Assembly: GCA_963668175.1 (NCBI GenBank) | Contig: OY764159.1 | Location: 3,328,001-3,392,000, forward strand | DNA: 64,000 nt | DNA from: Syntrophales bacterium | GTDB lineage: Bacteria > Desulfobacterota > Syntrophia > Syntrophales > PHBD01 | Direction of reading: 5' to 3' | In this document: piece by piece, positions 40,079 through 50,851 of the stretch | Layout: every line of letters begins with the position of its first letter | Numbering within the stretch: position 1 is the first letter of the stretch | The notes under the pieces: model-generated | Databases searched by the model: none | Seen by the model: only the letters and a program-made list of their open reading frames with translations | What the model was told of the DNA's origin: nothing | Position numbers and translations under genes: made by a program

Positions 40079-41143
40079 ATGAAAAAAACCGCTTTTTTCA
40101 TGGTAGCCGCTCTAATGATCTTTTCCACGCCGGTCTTCGCAGGCACCCGTGACGGGGGTATTTCGATTTCTCCCTACGTGGGCGGATTTCTCTTCCAGGG
40201 CGACCAGAATCTGAACCATAATTTTGTTTACGGCTTGAGATTGGGCTACGATATCACTAAGCACTGGGGCATCGAAGCCATGGGCGGTTATGTCCACACC
40301 CGCTATAACCCCATTGGACGGGACGATGCGGCGGACATTTACAATTACAGGATCGAAGGTATTTACAACTTCATGCCGGACAGCCGCTTCGTGCCGTTCA
40401 TCGCCATAGGCGGCGGCGGTCAGTCGATCACCTACGACAACAATCTGCCGAACAAGACCCGCCCCGTCGCCGATTACGGCGTCGGCTTCAAACTCTTCTT
40501 TACGGATTGGCTGGCTTTCCGGGTCGACGTGCGCCATGTCCTGGCCTTCGGAAGCGTCTACAACAACCTGGAGTACACCGGCGGCCTGACCTTCTACTTC
40601 GGCGGCCGGACACCTGCGCCTACGCCGCTGCCCGAGAAGGCGGAACCGGCACCGCCTCCGCCTCCTCCGCCGCCTCCCCCGGTTAAGGAACCCGAACCTG
40701 CACCGGCGCCGCCGCCTCCGCCGCCACCCCCGCCGGTGGAAGAAATGAAGAAGGCCCCGGAAGCGGCGTCCGAGATGGAACAGAAAATCATGGAAAAGGG
40801 CCGGGCGACGCTGAACGTGGAGTTCGACACAGGCAAGAGCGTCGTGAAGCAGAAATATTACAAGGAAATCGAGAGCGTGGCCGATGTCCTCAAGAACCAT
40901 CCGGAAATCAAGATTGTCATTGAAGGCCATACGGACAACGTAGGCGGAAAGAAATACAACCTGCGCCTGTCCCAGAAGCGAGCCGACGCCATCAAGCAGG
41001 TCATGATCAAAAAATTCGGAATCGAGGCCTCCCGGCTGACGGCCAAAGGCTACGGATTCTCCCGGCCGATTGCCAGCAACGCCACCAAGGAAGGCAAGCA
41101 GAAGAACCGCCGCGTGGAAGCAGCGGTTGAATATACCAAGTAA
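40079..41143 (+). CDS. OmpA-family outer membrane protein with duplicated poly-Pro linker
   Basis: Signal peptide, beta-barrel, two EPAP(P)n blocks, and EGHTD, LSQKRA and NRRVE motifs. Confidence 0.92.
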   Translation: MKKTAFFMVAALMIFSTPVFAGTRDGGISISPYVGGFLFQGDQNLNHNFVYGLRLGYDITKHWGIEAMGGYVHTRYNPIGRDDAADIYNYRIEGIYNFMPDSRFVPFIAIGGGGQSITYDNNLPNKTRPVADYGVGFKLFFTDWLAFRVDVRHVLAFGSVYNNLEYTGGLTFYFGGRTPAPTPLPEKAEPAPPPPPPPPPPVKEPEPAPAPPPPPPPPPVEEMKKAPEAASEMEQKIMEKGRATLNVEFDTGKSVVKQKYYKEIESVADVLKNHPEIKIVIEGHTDNVGGKKYNLRLSQKRADAIKQVMIKKFGIEASRLTAKGYGFSRPIASNATKEGKQKNRRVEAAVEYTK

Positions 41144-41163
41144 ACTGCATCCGATCAAACGCG

Positions 41164-41203
41164 AAGGGGTCATGGGGGAATCTATTCCCATGACCCTTTC
41201 TTT
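41164..41203 (+). terminator. Intrinsic terminator after the OmpA gene
   Basis: GGGTCATGGG pairs with CCCATGACCC and is followed by TTTCTTT. Confidence 0.75.
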
Positions 41204-41251
41204 AACATGGCCAAAGGCCTCGCCAATCCACTGCGAGAAGGAGATAAAACC

Positions 41252-41599
41252 ATGTCCCCGGAGAAATCAGAGCCTGAAACCGGCTTGCCGCATGCCAGGG
41301 TCTTTTCCCTGCGGGATGCCGTGGCCTATCAGAGCGGAGCCGTCGTCAGCAGGGAGATCGTCGCAAAACAGGCGGGAACGGTGACCGTTTTCGCCTTCGA
41401 TGCGGGCCAGGGCCTGAGCGAACACACGGCGCCTTTCGACGCCCTGGTACAGGTCCTGGAAGGCGAAGTGGAAATCAGTATCTCGGGTACCCCTCATCGG
41501 CTGAAGGAAGGCGACATGATCGTCATGCCCGCGGGGAAACCCCACGGACTTAAAGCCATCGGGAAATTCAAGATGCTCCTGGTCATGATCAGGTCATGA
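41252..41599 (+). CDS. Cupin domain protein
   Basis: FAFDAGQGLSEHTAPFDA and MPAGKPH motifs; AAGGAG RBS. Confidence 0.88.
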   Translation: MSPEKSEPETGLPHARVFSLRDAVAYQSGAVVSREIVAKQAGTVTVFAFDAGQGLSEHTAPFDALVQVLEGEVEISISGTPHRLKEGDMIVMPAGKPHGLKAIGKFKMLLVMIRS

Positions 41600-41632
41600 G
41601 ATCGGAGATGGATGCGGCAGGACAGGACGCGA

Positions 41633-42274
41633 TTACTGCCTCATCGCCGTTTCCTGAATATTTTCTCCCGGTTTCGTCTTGATGCTCTCATTGCTGGTCA
41701 GCAGGGGGCGCTTTCCGGTAACATCGGCGTAAAAGGCCTGGATGTCCTTCATGTCGTCTTCGATGCAACCGGTCGGATGGAACATGGGGCCGATGCCGCC
41801 GGCCTTCCGCCGGTAATCGACGTACCCGAGTGCGATGGGCACGCCGGCCCCGTGAGCGATGTAATAAAATCCCGTTTTCCAGTAGCGGACTTTCTTCCTG
41901 GTCCCTTCCGGGGGGACGATGAGGATCATCCGTTCGCTTTCCCCGAATATCCGGACGGCCTGCGCGACCATGTTGTTGGACCGGGAGCGGTCGATGGGAA
42001 TGCCGCCGAGCCACCGGCACAGCCTTCGGAAGGGGGGCCGGAAAATGGCCTTCTTGCCCAGCCAGAAGACCTTGATCCGGAAGGCAAAGGCCAGAAGAAG
42101 CGTATAGAAGAGGTCCCAGTTGGAGGTATGGGGGGCGGCGATCATCACATATTTCGGTTCGTCGGGCGCCCGTCCTTCCTTCCGCCATCCGGACAATTTC
42201 AGATAAAACCTGGACAGGTGGTGGAGGGCAGTACTGACGGTTCGTGCATCGAAGATGGTGCGCTGCATAGTCAA
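41633..42274 (-). CDS. Lysophospholipid acyltransferase family protein
   Basis: PHTSNWD, IDRS and PEGTR motifs. Confidence 0.9.
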   Translation of the reverse strand: MTMQRTIFDARTVSTALHHLSRFYLKLSGWRKEGRAPDEPKYVMIAAPHTSNWDLFYTLLLAFAFRIKVFWLGKKAIFRPPFRRLCRWLGGIPIDRSRSNNMVAQAVRIFGESERMILIVPPEGTRKKVRYWKTGFYYIAHGAGVPIALGYVDYRRKAGGIGPMFHPTGCIEDDMKDIQAFYADVTGKRPLLTSNESIKTKPGENIQETAMRQ

Positions 42275-42472
42275 TTCCTTCAGGACGTTATGATGTTATG
42301 GCGTTGCCGCCCTTCTGTTTCCTGGTAAAAATCCGGCCGGTGGGCTTGACCGGTGCAAGGGAATAGATGTGTTTGCGCGCATCCCTTACCTTAAAACCGG
42401 AAAAAATGCTTGCATTATTTTCAGTTATAAGATAGGACGCACCACTACTTCATCTTTCAGGAGAATTGAATC

Positions 42473-42670
42473 ATGTCCAGAGTATGCGAGGTTTGCGGCA
42501 AGAAACGCGTGATCGGAAACAACGTCAGTCACGCCAATAATAAGAGCAAGAGGACCTGGCTTCCCAATCTTCAGAAAGTTCGCTGCGAAGACAGCAAAAC
42601 GGGCTCCGTGAAACGGCTTAAAGTTTGCACCCGCTGCCTGCGCTCCGGTTTCGTCAAGAAGGCCGCCTGA
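42473..42670 (+). CDS. rpmB: 50S ribosomal protein L28
   Basis: [10 protein letters not shown]...[20 protein letters not shown]...VCTRCLRSG. Confidence 0.97.
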   Translation: MSRVCEVCGKKRVIGNNVSHANNKSKRTWLPNLQKVRCEDSKTGSVKRLKVCTRCLRSGFVKKAA

Positions 42671-43460
42671 TGTCTCTCAGGGCCGGCTCAAAACCGGCCT
42701 CAAGGACCGCGGGAATGACCATCGACAGGAACTCTCTGTAATCCCTCGTTATCGCCATTCCTTCTTCCATGATATCGCACAGCCCCTGCCGGATGTTACG
42801 GTCGTGAATGTCAAGGTCGAATTTGTCCATGATCAGGGCGGTTCGACCTTCCACGCTCATGAAGGCCTTCATCCTTTCCTCCGTATATACCGCATGTCCC
42901 TGCCTGATGGCTGCGGCCACGCGTTCCTTTTCGATTCCGCAGAGCCAGCCCAGCGTGGCGCTGAATTCGTCGATCCTCTCCGTGACAACGAGGTTGAGCG
43001 ATTCGATCAGTAAATCGATGAGCTCCTGCGGCCCCTCCGCCAGGCAAAGCACCAGGTCGAAAGCCGCCTCGACGATGATATGGGAACGATAGGCGGCGTC
43101 GCTCAGGGAAAGTTCCCGGCCGTTCTGCCGGTAGAGCGCCATGAGGAGAGGAACGAGAACCGCTCCCCTGGCATAGGCGTATCCCCCGGCATCCGGGTCG
43201 AAGTCGACGACGGGCGCAGGGACGATCCGGCCGTGATGGGCAAAGTCGTCCACCATCAGGTGGAAGACCGTGAACGCCCCCTTCTTATACGGTTCCGGCA
43301 GAGGCAGGACGCGGGGGATGCGGTGGGTGATATTGGAAGTAATGCCCGTGTGGATGGAAAGCATGTCCGGGGCGACATTGTAACAGAAGACGTCCATGTC
43401 GCGGCGCTCGACATCGCCGGTCAATTGGCTCAAAATCCATGTGTGGGTAAGCATCAGCAC
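42654..43460 (-). CDS. Hypothetical protein, possibly Zn-dependent phospholipase C-like
   Basis: N-terminal [15 protein letters not shown] and HIIVE spacing of potential metal ligands. Confidence 0.6.
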   Translation of the reverse strand: MLMLTHTWILSQLTGDVERRDMDVFCYNVAPDMLSIHTGITSNITHRIPRVLPLPEPYKKGAFTVFHLMVDDFAHHGRIVPAPVVDFDPDAGGYAYARGAVLVPLLMALYRQNGRELSLSDAAYRSHIIVEAAFDLVLCLAEGPQELIDLLIESLNLVVTERIDEFSATLGWLCGIEKERVAAAIRQGHAVYTEERMKAFMSVEGRTALIMDKFDLDIHDRNIRQGLCDIMEEGMAITRDYREFLSMVIPAVLEAGFEPALRDIRRPS

Positions 43461-43699
43461 GGGCGGGGTCTCACGGCCGGCAAGGGCTCAACTTCGGCAA
43501 AGGGTACATCCTCGTGCAGGGCGTCGAGGATTTTCTTCGCATCATCGAGAAAATCGGGCATGACGGCGACTTCCACCCTCGCTTCCGCCGGGTCCAGGGT
43601 CGTAACCGAGAAAAGCCCTTCGTACCCCTCCAGGAGATACTGCATGAGCACGATATCATGTGCATTGAGCCGGAATTGTCTTACGGTGATGCCTGTCAT
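43454..43699 (-). CDS. DUF4911-like small protein
   Basis: DIVLMQYLLEGYEGLFSVTTLDP pattern. Confidence 0.75.
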   Translation of the reverse strand: MTGITVRQFRLNAHDIVLMQYLLEGYEGLFSVTTLDPAEARVEVAVMPDFLDDAKKILDALHEDVPFAEVEPLPAVRPRPC

Positions 43700-43864
43700 C
43701 CGGAAAGCCCTTTCCTCGGCCGGCAGTAAATTGGCGATTTTTTGTTGCTATCACGCCCGCCGGGGAAATTCAAGAAGCAATTCTTAGCTTGACATCAAGT
43801 ACTATGTTGGTATTATGCAATGTGTTCAAACCCAACACCCTCTCGGAAATTCAGCGGCGGTTAA

Positions 43865-45613
43865 ATGACGAAAAGGAACAATACAATTTTACCGACGACA
43901 CAGTGGCGCTTATCGAGCGTCAGCAAGGACATCCAGGATAAATTGTCCCTGGATCTCGGCGTCCATCCCATCGTCTCCCAGATCCTGGCCAGCCGCGACA
44001 TCCTCACGTCCGAAGAGGGGGCCCGGTACCTTGCACCGTCGCTCAAGGATCTCCACAGCCCCTTTCTCATGAAGGACATGAAAAAAGGCGTCCATCGCCT
44101 GGCAAGAGCGATCCACAACCGCGAAAAGATCATGATTTACGGGGATTACGATGCCGACGGGATCACCTCCGTCGTCGTCCTGCTCAAATTTCTCCGGGAT
44201 GCCGCGGCCACGGTCGATTACTATATTCCCGACCGGCTTGCCGAAGGTTACAGCCTGAACAAAGGCGCAATCGAACGCATGAAGGCGGACGGCGTATCCT
44301 TGCTGATCACGGTCGATTGCGGCATTTCCGACCACGAGCAGATCGCCCATGCCCAGTCCCTGGGCATCGATACGATCATCCTGGACCACCACGAAGTGTC
44401 CGGTCCCGTTCCCGAGGCCGTGGCGGCCATCAATCCCCATCAGGCCGATTGCCAGTTCCCTTTCAAGCACCTGGCCGCCGTCGGGATCGTTTTCAATTTC
44501 CTCATTGCCCTCCGGGGAGTCCTGCGGCAGGACGGATTCTGGAACGGTAAGGCCTATCCGAATCTGAAGCAGTACCTGGACCTGGTCGCGTTGGGCACCA
44601 TCGGCGACATCGTTCCCCTGGTCGACGAAAACCGGATATTCGCCAAGATCGGCCTGGGGCTCATCACCGAGGAATGGCGCGTCGGCCTCAAGGCCTTGAA
44701 GGAAGTATGCGGCATCGACAACCAGTCGGTGGATTCCGCCAAGGCATCGTTCAACCTGATCCCGAGGATCAACGCCCCGGGACGGATCGCCTCGCCCCAG
44801 GACGCCGTCCAGCTCCTGATGACGAACGACATGGAAGAGGCCCGGCAGATCGCCCGCAAGCTCGATTCCCACAACCGGAAGCGCCAGGACATAGAAAAGG
44901 CCATCCTGAAGGAAATCATCGACGACATCGAAGGTTCCTCAAGCCATGAAAAGGGGCGCGTCTTCGTTTACGCCTCCTCGAAATGGCACCCCGGCGTCAT
45001 CGGCATCGTCGCCTCCCGCCTCGTGGACCGTTACTACCGGCCGGCGATCCTGATCAGCCTCAAGGACGGCGTCGGCAAGGGTTCGGGCCGCAGCATCGCC
45101 GATTTCGACATCTATCAGGGCTTGAAAAAATGCGACTCGCTTCTCTTATCGTATGGGGGGCATCGCTTTGCGGCGGGCATTTCCATTCGCGAGGAGGACA
45201 TCGCCAGCTTCGCGAGCCAATTGGAGGAGATCGTCAGCACGGACACCAAGGAATCCGATTTCGTAAGCCAGACGCTGATCGACGCCCAGTGCAACCTGAC
45301 GGACATCAACCACCGCCTCCTTACGGAAATAGACCGGCTGGCCCCGTTCGGCACGTGCAACCCGGAACCGGTCTTATGCGTGCGGAACGTCAGCATCGCC
45401 TCGCCGGCCGTCGTGGGGAACAATCACCTGCGCATGAGGATCAACAGCGACGGCGTCTCGTGCAATTCCATCTGGTTCAGCAAGGGTCAATACATGCAGG
45501 CCATCGCCGGTTCCGCCGTCGACATCGTCTTTACGCCCCAGATCAACAACTGGAACGGCTCCTCGGACATCCAGCTGAAGATGAAGGATATCGCCCTGCC
45601 CTCCGGATCGTAG
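43865..45613 (+). CDS. recJ: Single-stranded-DNA exonuclease RecJ
   Basis: GDYDADG, TVDCG, LDHH, PRINA, GSGRS and GGH motifs. Confidence 0.96.
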   Translation: MTKRNNTILPTTQWRLSSVSKDIQDKLSLDLGVHPIVSQILASRDILTSEEGARYLAPSLKDLHSPFLMKDMKKGVHRLARAIHNREKIMIYGDYDADGITSVVVLLKFLRDAAATVDYYIPDRLAEGYSLNKGAIERMKADGVSLLITVDCGISDHEQIAHAQSLGIDTIILDHHEVSGPVPEAVAAINPHQADCQFPFKHLAAVGIVFNFLIALRGVLRQDGFWNGKAYPNLKQYLDLVALGTIGDIVPLVDENRIFAKIGLGLITEEWRVGLKALKEVCGIDNQSVDSAKASFNLIPRINAPGRIASPQDAVQLLMTNDMEEARQIARKLDSHNRKRQDIEKAILKEIIDDIEGSSSHEKGRVFVYASSKWHPGVIGIVASRLVDRYYRPAILISLKDGVGKGSGRSIADFDIYQGLKKCDSLLLSYGGHRFAAGISIREEDIASFASQLEEIVSTDTKESDFVSQTLIDAQCNLTDINHRLLTEIDRLAPFGTCNPEPVLCVRNVSIASPAVVGNNHLRMRINSDGVSCNSIWFSKGQYMQAIAGSAVDIVFTPQINNWNGSSDIQLKMKDIALPSGS

Positions 45614-45646
45614 ACGTCCTTCCGCTCCGCAAAATCCGCCCGGGTC

Positions 45647-45988
45647 TCAGCCTTTCGCCTTTTTTATCGCTGCGTCTTCGTCCGGACAGACCGGAAACAT
45701 CGATTCGAAACCCGAAATTTTAAAAACGTTCAGGACCGTCTCTCCGAGGGCTGCAAAGATGAGGCCGCCGCCCTGCGCCTTGAGAAACTTCGCAATGGAC
45801 AGGATGGCCCGAAGTCCCGCGCTGCTGATATATTCGACGTCGGCGAAATTCAAAATCAGGTGCCGGCAGCCCGTCTTCCCGGCCAGGTCCTTGACGGCCG
45901 CCTCGAACGCCCCGGCCGTGACCGCGTCGATCCTCCCCCTGGGAGCCGCAACCGCAAACTGTTCTTCGTGTCTCGTTTGCATATCCAT
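45647..45988 (-). CDS. STAS-domain anti-sigma factor antagonist
   Basis: GRIDA, VEYISSAGLR and VFKISGF motifs. Confidence 0.88.
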   Translation of the reverse strand: MDMQTRHEEQFAVAAPRGRIDAVTAGAFEAAVKDLAGKTGCRHLILNFADVEYISSAGLRAILSIAKFLKAQGGGLIFAALGETVLNVFKISGFESMFPVCPDEDAAIKKAKG

Positions 45989-46034
45989 AAGAACCGCCTT
46001 TTTTACGAAACGTGCCTGACGTCGCCCCGTGTTC

Positions 46035-47174
46035 CTAGACAACCGTCAGCATGACATAGGCCATGGAGAACCGGCCGCTTTCGGGAATGAAGCAGAGGAC
46101 CTTCTGGCCTTCCCGGAGTTTCCCCGAATGGAACAGCTCCTCCATCATGACGTAGATGGATGCGGAGCCCGTATTGCCCTTCGTGCTTAAATTGGAAAAC
46201 CATTTCTCGTAGGGAATGGCAAACCCGATCCCCTCCAGGGCGCGATAGAGCTTTTCCCGGAAATAGTCGGACGAGTAGTGGGGAAGGAACCAGTCGATGT
46301 CGTCCGCCCTGAGGTCCCGCTTGGCGATGGTCGCTGCCAGGGCCTTGTCCACCGCCGCCTTGACGACCTCTTCATTTAAAATAACCGTATCCTGCTTGAT
46401 GGCGAAATAGTTCTTCTCCAGCGCTTCCTGGATCGTATCGAGCTGGCGCCAGCCCGTGACGGACCCGTCCTTGTTCTTCACCGCCCCTGCAAACATGCAG
46501 GTGTCGTAGTTCCCGGCGTAGGAGACGTGGTCGATCCAGTCCACCAAAAGGGAAGGCCTGTCCGCGTTGGGTTTCCCGGACATATAGACGGCCCCGGCGG
46601 CATCGGAAAGCATCCACCGGAGAAAGTCCGACTCGAAGGCTAGAAGCGGGCTCTTTTCGACGTCCGGGTCCGGCAGGTGCTCGAAGAAATTCGACCGGAT
46701 CACCGACGAAGCCAGCTCCGAGCCCGTGGAGACGGCATTCGCGGATATTCCCAGGGCGACGTTCATGTAGGCGAATTTGAAGGCGGTGATGCCGGCGAGG
46801 CAGATACCGGCCGTGGAAACGACCTCGCAGGGGGGCGATCCCAGTTCCCCGTGGACCATAAGCCCGTGGCCCGGCGCCATGACGTCGGCCATGGTCGTCC
46901 CGCAGCAGAGGCATTCGATATCGGCGACGGAAAATCCCTTGTAGGGCGAAAGCCTGCGGACGGCCTCCGCCGTCAGTTGGGCGTTCGTATGGGTCAATTT
47001 CCCCGTCGCCGGGTCGATCGCATAATACCGCGTGGCTATCTTGTTGTTGTCCAGGATGCGGTTCTTGATCCTCGACGGCAGGTTTCTGATCCGGCCGACG
47101 ATATCCTCGATCCGGTCGTTGCCGACCGGCTCGTTGGGGAGAAAGGCGGCGATATCGTTGATATAGACGTTCAT
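46035..47174 (-). CDS. Beta-ketoacyl-ACP synthase III, DarB/StlD-like
   Basis: FLPNEPV, RYYAID, AGICLAG (Cys), FLRWMLSDAAGA, PHYSS, GNTGSAS and PESGRF motifs. Confidence 0.85.
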   Translation of the reverse strand: MNVYINDIAAFLPNEPVGNDRIEDIVGRIRNLPSRIKNRILDNNKIATRYYAIDPATGKLTHTNAQLTAEAVRRLSPYKGFSVADIECLCCGTTMADVMAPGHGLMVHGELGSPPCEVVSTAGICLAGITAFKFAYMNVALGISANAVSTGSELASSVIRSNFFEHLPDPDVEKSPLLAFESDFLRWMLSDAAGAVYMSGKPNADRPSLLVDWIDHVSYAGNYDTCMFAGAVKNKDGSVTGWRQLDTIQEALEKNYFAIKQDTVILNEEVVKAAVDKALAATIAKRDLRADDIDWFLPHYSSDYFREKLYRALEGIGFAIPYEKWFSNLSTKGNTGSASIYVMMEELFHSGKLREGQKVLCFIPESGRFSMAYVMLTVV

Positions 47175-48484
47175 CAGGCCTCCTTGGTCTGTTGTCCCTT
47201 GCCGTGCAGCCGTTTGACCAGTTCGGAGAAGGTCCGGTAGAAGGACGCTTCGCTCATCCTGGTTCGTACGACGGCGTTGGTGAAGGTATAGTAATCGAGA
47301 TCGTGGACGACGATCCGGTCTTTCATATTTTCATAGAGGGGCGTTCCCGGAATGGGCGTCAGGACGGAAAGCATGGGGATATGGATCTTCCGTTCCGTGA
47401 CGAACCGCTCCAGCCTTTCGAAATCCGCATCCTCGTAATCGGGCGATACGATGAAATCCCCGACGATCATGAGCCCCAGTTCGTGCAGGCATTCGACGGC
47501 CTCGGGGATGACTTCGGGTTTGTATTTCTTGCGGTAGGCATCGAGCCTCCCGGCCTCCAGGTCCTCGAATCCGACGACGACGCCGAACAGGCCCGCCTCT
47601 TTCCAGCGCGCCAGCATGTCCCGGTTCTCCCGCACCGTATCGGCCCGCACATCGGCGACAAACCGCATCTTGACGCCCTGCGCCATGATCAGTTCGCAGA
47701 GTTTCTCCGATTGGGCGGGATCGCCGAAGGTATTGGCGTCGACCATCCGTATAAAGGGGATGTCGCCCAGAAGGCCGATATCCCGGACGACAGAAGCCGG
47801 GGAATGCGTCAGGTAACGGCCGCCCGTAACGGCGGGGATCGTGCAGAACGAACACCGGTGGGTGCAGCCGTAGGCCGTGATGACGAACCCCATCTTCATC
47901 TTTAGCCTCTCCACGGCGTACCGGTCACGCCAGGCCTCGACCAGGTCGTAGCGGGGCGGGCAGCCGTCCATCAGGTCGTCCGCCGAATAGGACCGGGGGA
48001 CGATCGAGAGCGCCCTTCCCGGGGCTGTCCTGGCGATGCCGGGGATGCCCTCCCCCGTTCCGCCCGCCGCGAGCTTTCCGATCAGTTCGGCGAAGCTCCG
48101 CTTGCCGATGCCGCAGACGACGAAGTCGATCTCCGGCCTGTTGAAAAAAGCCGGGTCGCAGGTCGCATGGCTGCCGCCGACGACGACGACGGTATTGCGG
48201 TATTCCTTGAGGCGGGCCGCCTGGCGGAGGACCGTCCGGGCCTCGCAGGTCACGGCCGTAAAACCGACGACATCGGGACGGAAGGAGGCGTACCGTTCCC
48301 AGAGGACCTCCTCGTCTTCGCATTTCAGGTCCAGGATCGCGACGTCATGGCCGTCCAGGGCGCCCGCCAGGACTTCCAGGGCAAAGGGCTCTCCCTTGAA
48401 TATCTGTTTGATGGAAACGATGCCGTACTCCTCTTCGGGAATGCTGCGGCCCGAGTTGGGAGGATTGACCAGCATGACTCTCAT
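47174..48484 (-). CDS. Cobalamin-binding radical SAM protein
   Basis: MRVMLVNPP, GGSHAT, GCTHRCSFC and TPIPGT motifs; stop overlaps the KAS III start. Confidence 0.9.
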   Translation of the reverse strand: MRVMLVNPPNSGRSIPEEEYGIVSIKQIFKGEPFALEVLAGALDGHDVAILDLKCEDEEVLWERYASFRPDVVGFTAVTCEARTVLRQAARLKEYRNTVVVVGGSHATCDPAFFNRPEIDFVVCGIGKRSFAELIGKLAAGGTGEGIPGIARTAPGRALSIVPRSYSADDLMDGCPPRYDLVEAWRDRYAVERLKMKMGFVITAYGCTHRCSFCTIPAVTGGRYLTHSPASVVRDIGLLGDIPFIRMVDANTFGDPAQSEKLCELIMAQGVKMRFVADVRADTVRENRDMLARWKEAGLFGVVVGFEDLEAGRLDAYRKKYKPEVIPEAVECLHELGLMIVGDFIVSPDYEDADFERLERFVTERKIHIPMLSVLTPIPGTPLYENMKDRIVVHDLDYYTFTNAVVRTRMSEASFYRTFSELVKRLHGKGQQTKEA

Positions 48485-48701
48485 GGCGGCCTTTCTGTTA
48501 ATCGCTGAAATTTTACAATAAAAGGGATTCCGGTTAGGGTTACTATCGGAAGTGGGGATTTGTGTCAATCATAAAGAACCGGCCGGTCCCGCCCGGAGGA
48601 CCGGCCTTATATAAACATATCATTAACATCCCATCGTCAGGCCGCATCGTTCGCCTGTATCGACGGAAAAGTCCGGCACATCGCGCCCGGCCGGACCCGT
48701 C

Positions 48702-49955
48702 TCACGTTTCCTGCCAGCGCAGGTCCGCCACCAGGGGTTCGTCGGCCGCCATCGTGCCCGGGGCCACGATCTCCAGGCAGTCGATCCCGACGGTGCATAT
48801 CTCCCGGAAGGTCTTCCGGAAGGCGTCCTCGAAACCCGTGCCGGGAGCGGCCGCCTCCACGCGGACGGTCAGGACGTCCTCGTAGCCGGAACGGCTGACC
48901 TGTGCCTGGATGCGGACGTCCGGATACTTCGCCCCGACGGCCTTCAACTGGCTCGGGGCCACGAAGAGGCCGCGGACCTTGACGGCATCCCCTACACGGC
49001 CGGCGATGCCGTCGAGGCGCAGGGATGTCCGCCCGCAGGCGCAGGGTGTTTCTATGAACCGGGAGAGATCCCCCGTCCCGAAGCGCATGAGGTAGAAGAT
49101 GTCGTTGAAGCGGGTCACGACGATTTCCCCCAGTTGGCCGTGCTCGACGCTCCGTCCCGTCGCCGGGTCGACCAGCTCGACGAGAACCTCCTCGCAGATG
49201 TGCCAGCCCTTCTTTTCCCGGCACTCGTAGGCGATGTCCCCCACTTCTGTGGCGCCGTACATCGAGTACGTGTCGATGCCGTAATGCTTCTCGAAGATTT
49301 CGCGCACGGCGGGCAAAAGAGGCTCCGCCCCGAAACAGGCCTTTCGCACCCGGAAATCCTTCCGGAAGTCGTATCCCAGCTCCTCGGCCTTCTTGACGAT
49401 GGCCATCAGGAAACTGGGCGTGCCGGTGTAGGCCGTCACTTTAAGATCGCGGATGAGCCGGACCTGCACTTCGCTTCCGGACGTGCCCGACGGAACGACC
49501 GTCGCGCCCGTCTTCCGCAGGCCGTTGTGGAAAGTCAGCCCGGCGGCGACCATATGATAGGAAAAGGCGTTGAGGGCGATATCGCCCGGGCCGATGCCCG
49601 CCGCGTGGTATGCCCTCGCCCACAGCGGATCGGTTTCGGACAGGTGGGGTTCGTAGACGGGGCCGGGAGAGATGAAGATCCGGTCCACCGGGACGGAAGG
49701 ATCTTCGAAGCCGCCGTAGGGGGGCTCTTCCGCTTCCATTTCGACCAGTCTCTCCCTCGTCACGACCGGGATCTGCTCCAGATCGTCAAGGCTGTGCACG
49801 GACGTGGACGCCACGCCCGCCTCGTTCAAAATGGCCCGTACCCGCTTCGACCGCTCGTACCCCCGGACGATCATGTCCCGGATCTTTTGGGTCTGGTATT
49901 TTACCCTCGCCTCGCGAGGCATGGCCTCCCTGTCGTCGTAATATGCTTGCTGCAT
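48702..49955 (-). CDS. Phenylacetate-CoA ligase (PaaK-like) family protein
   Basis: YTGTPSF, GAEP, MYGATE, GEIVVT, RFGTGD and GRVGDAVKVRG motifs; AAGGAG RBS. Confidence 0.85.
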   Translation of the reverse strand: MQQAYYDDREAMPREARVKYQTQKIRDMIVRGYERSKRVRAILNEAGVASTSVHSLDDLEQIPVVTRERLVEMEAEEPPYGGFEDPSVPVDRIFISPGPVYEPHLSETDPLWARAYHAAGIGPGDIALNAFSYHMVAAGLTFHNGLRKTGATVVPSGTSGSEVQVRLIRDLKVTAYTGTPSFLMAIVKKAEELGYDFRKDFRVRKACFGAEPLLPAVREIFEKHYGIDTYSMYGATEVGDIAYECREKKGWHICEEVLVELVDPATGRSVEHGQLGEIVVTRFNDIFYLMRFGTGDLSRFIETPCACGRTSLRLDGIAGRVGDAVKVRGLFVAPSQLKAVGAKYPDVRIQAQVSRSGYEDVLTVRVEAAAPGTGFEDAFRKTFREICTVGIDCLEIVAPGTMAADEPLVADLRWQET

Positions 49956-50041
49956 GGCACACTCCTTCGTTATGCAAATGCGTTTCCGGCCTGTTCCCTC
50001 CGGCGCCGCGGCGCCGGAACGGCCGCATGGTTCCGTCTTCT

Positions 50042-50842
50042 TCACAGCCACCGTTTCCGCCGCCGGTAGGATTTGACGTTCCGGTAAGAACGGGCATCCC
50101 CGGAGGCGGCCATACCCAGGTAGAACTCCCTGATGTCGGGATTGTCGGCCAGATCGGCGGAAGCCCCCTCCATGACGATCTTGCCGTTTTCCATGATATA
50201 ACCGAAGTGCGCAACCTGCAAGGCCATGTGGGCGTTCTGCTCCACGAGGACGATCGTCGTGCCCTGCTCTTCGTTGATGCGCTTGATGATCCTGAAGATT
50301 TCAGCCACGATCAGGGGGGCCAGCCCCAGGGACGGCTCGTCGAGCAGCAGAAGCTGGGGGTGGGCCATGAGGGCCCGGCCGATGACAAGCATCTGGAGTT
50401 CGCCGCCGCTGCAATATCCCGCCAGACTCTTCCGCCGTGTCAACAGCGCCGGGAAATAGTCGTAGACCAGGTCCAGGTCTTTTTTATAGGGTTTCCCCCA
50501 GCGGGTGGCGGTTCCCACCCGGAGGTTCTCCTCGATGGTCAGATACTTGAAGGGCTGCCGGCCTTCCAGGACCTGGATGATGCCCTGGCGGGTGATCTCT
50601 TCCGGGGCCCGGTTCTGGATCGAGGTCCCGCCGTAGACGATGGACCCGTCGGTAACCTCGCCGTTTTCGGGCTTGAGCAGGCCGGAGATGGCCTTGAGCG
50701 TCGTCGTCTTTCCGGCGCCGTTGCTGCCGAGGAGGCAGACGATCCGCTTCTCGGGAACGGCCAGGGAGACGCCTTTTAAGACCTGGATGACGTCCGAGTA
50801 GACCACGGAGATATTGTTGATCTGAAGCAGGGTATTGTCCAT
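50042..50842 (-). CDS. HAAT-family ABC ATP-binding protein (LivF-like)
   Basis: GSNGAGKTT, SGGELQM and LDEPSLGLAP motifs. Confidence 0.92.
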   Translation of the reverse strand: MDNTLLQINNISVVYSDVIQVLKGVSLAVPEKRIVCLLGSNGAGKTTTLKAISGLLKPENGEVTDGSIVYGGTSIQNRAPEEITRQGIIQVLEGRQPFKYLTIEENLRVGTATRWGKPYKKDLDLVYDYFPALLTRRKSLAGYCSGGELQMLVIGRALMAHPQLLLLDEPSLGLAPLIVAEIFRIIKRINEEQGTTIVLVEQNAHMALQVAHFGYIMENGKIVMEGASADLADNPDIREFYLGMAASGDARSYRNVKSYRRRKRWL

Positions 50843-50851
50843 GGCGGCACC

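Noticed and set aside
40610..40740. CCG-rich repeat as a separate element
   Set aside because: It is explained by the poly-proline linker of the OmpA protein.
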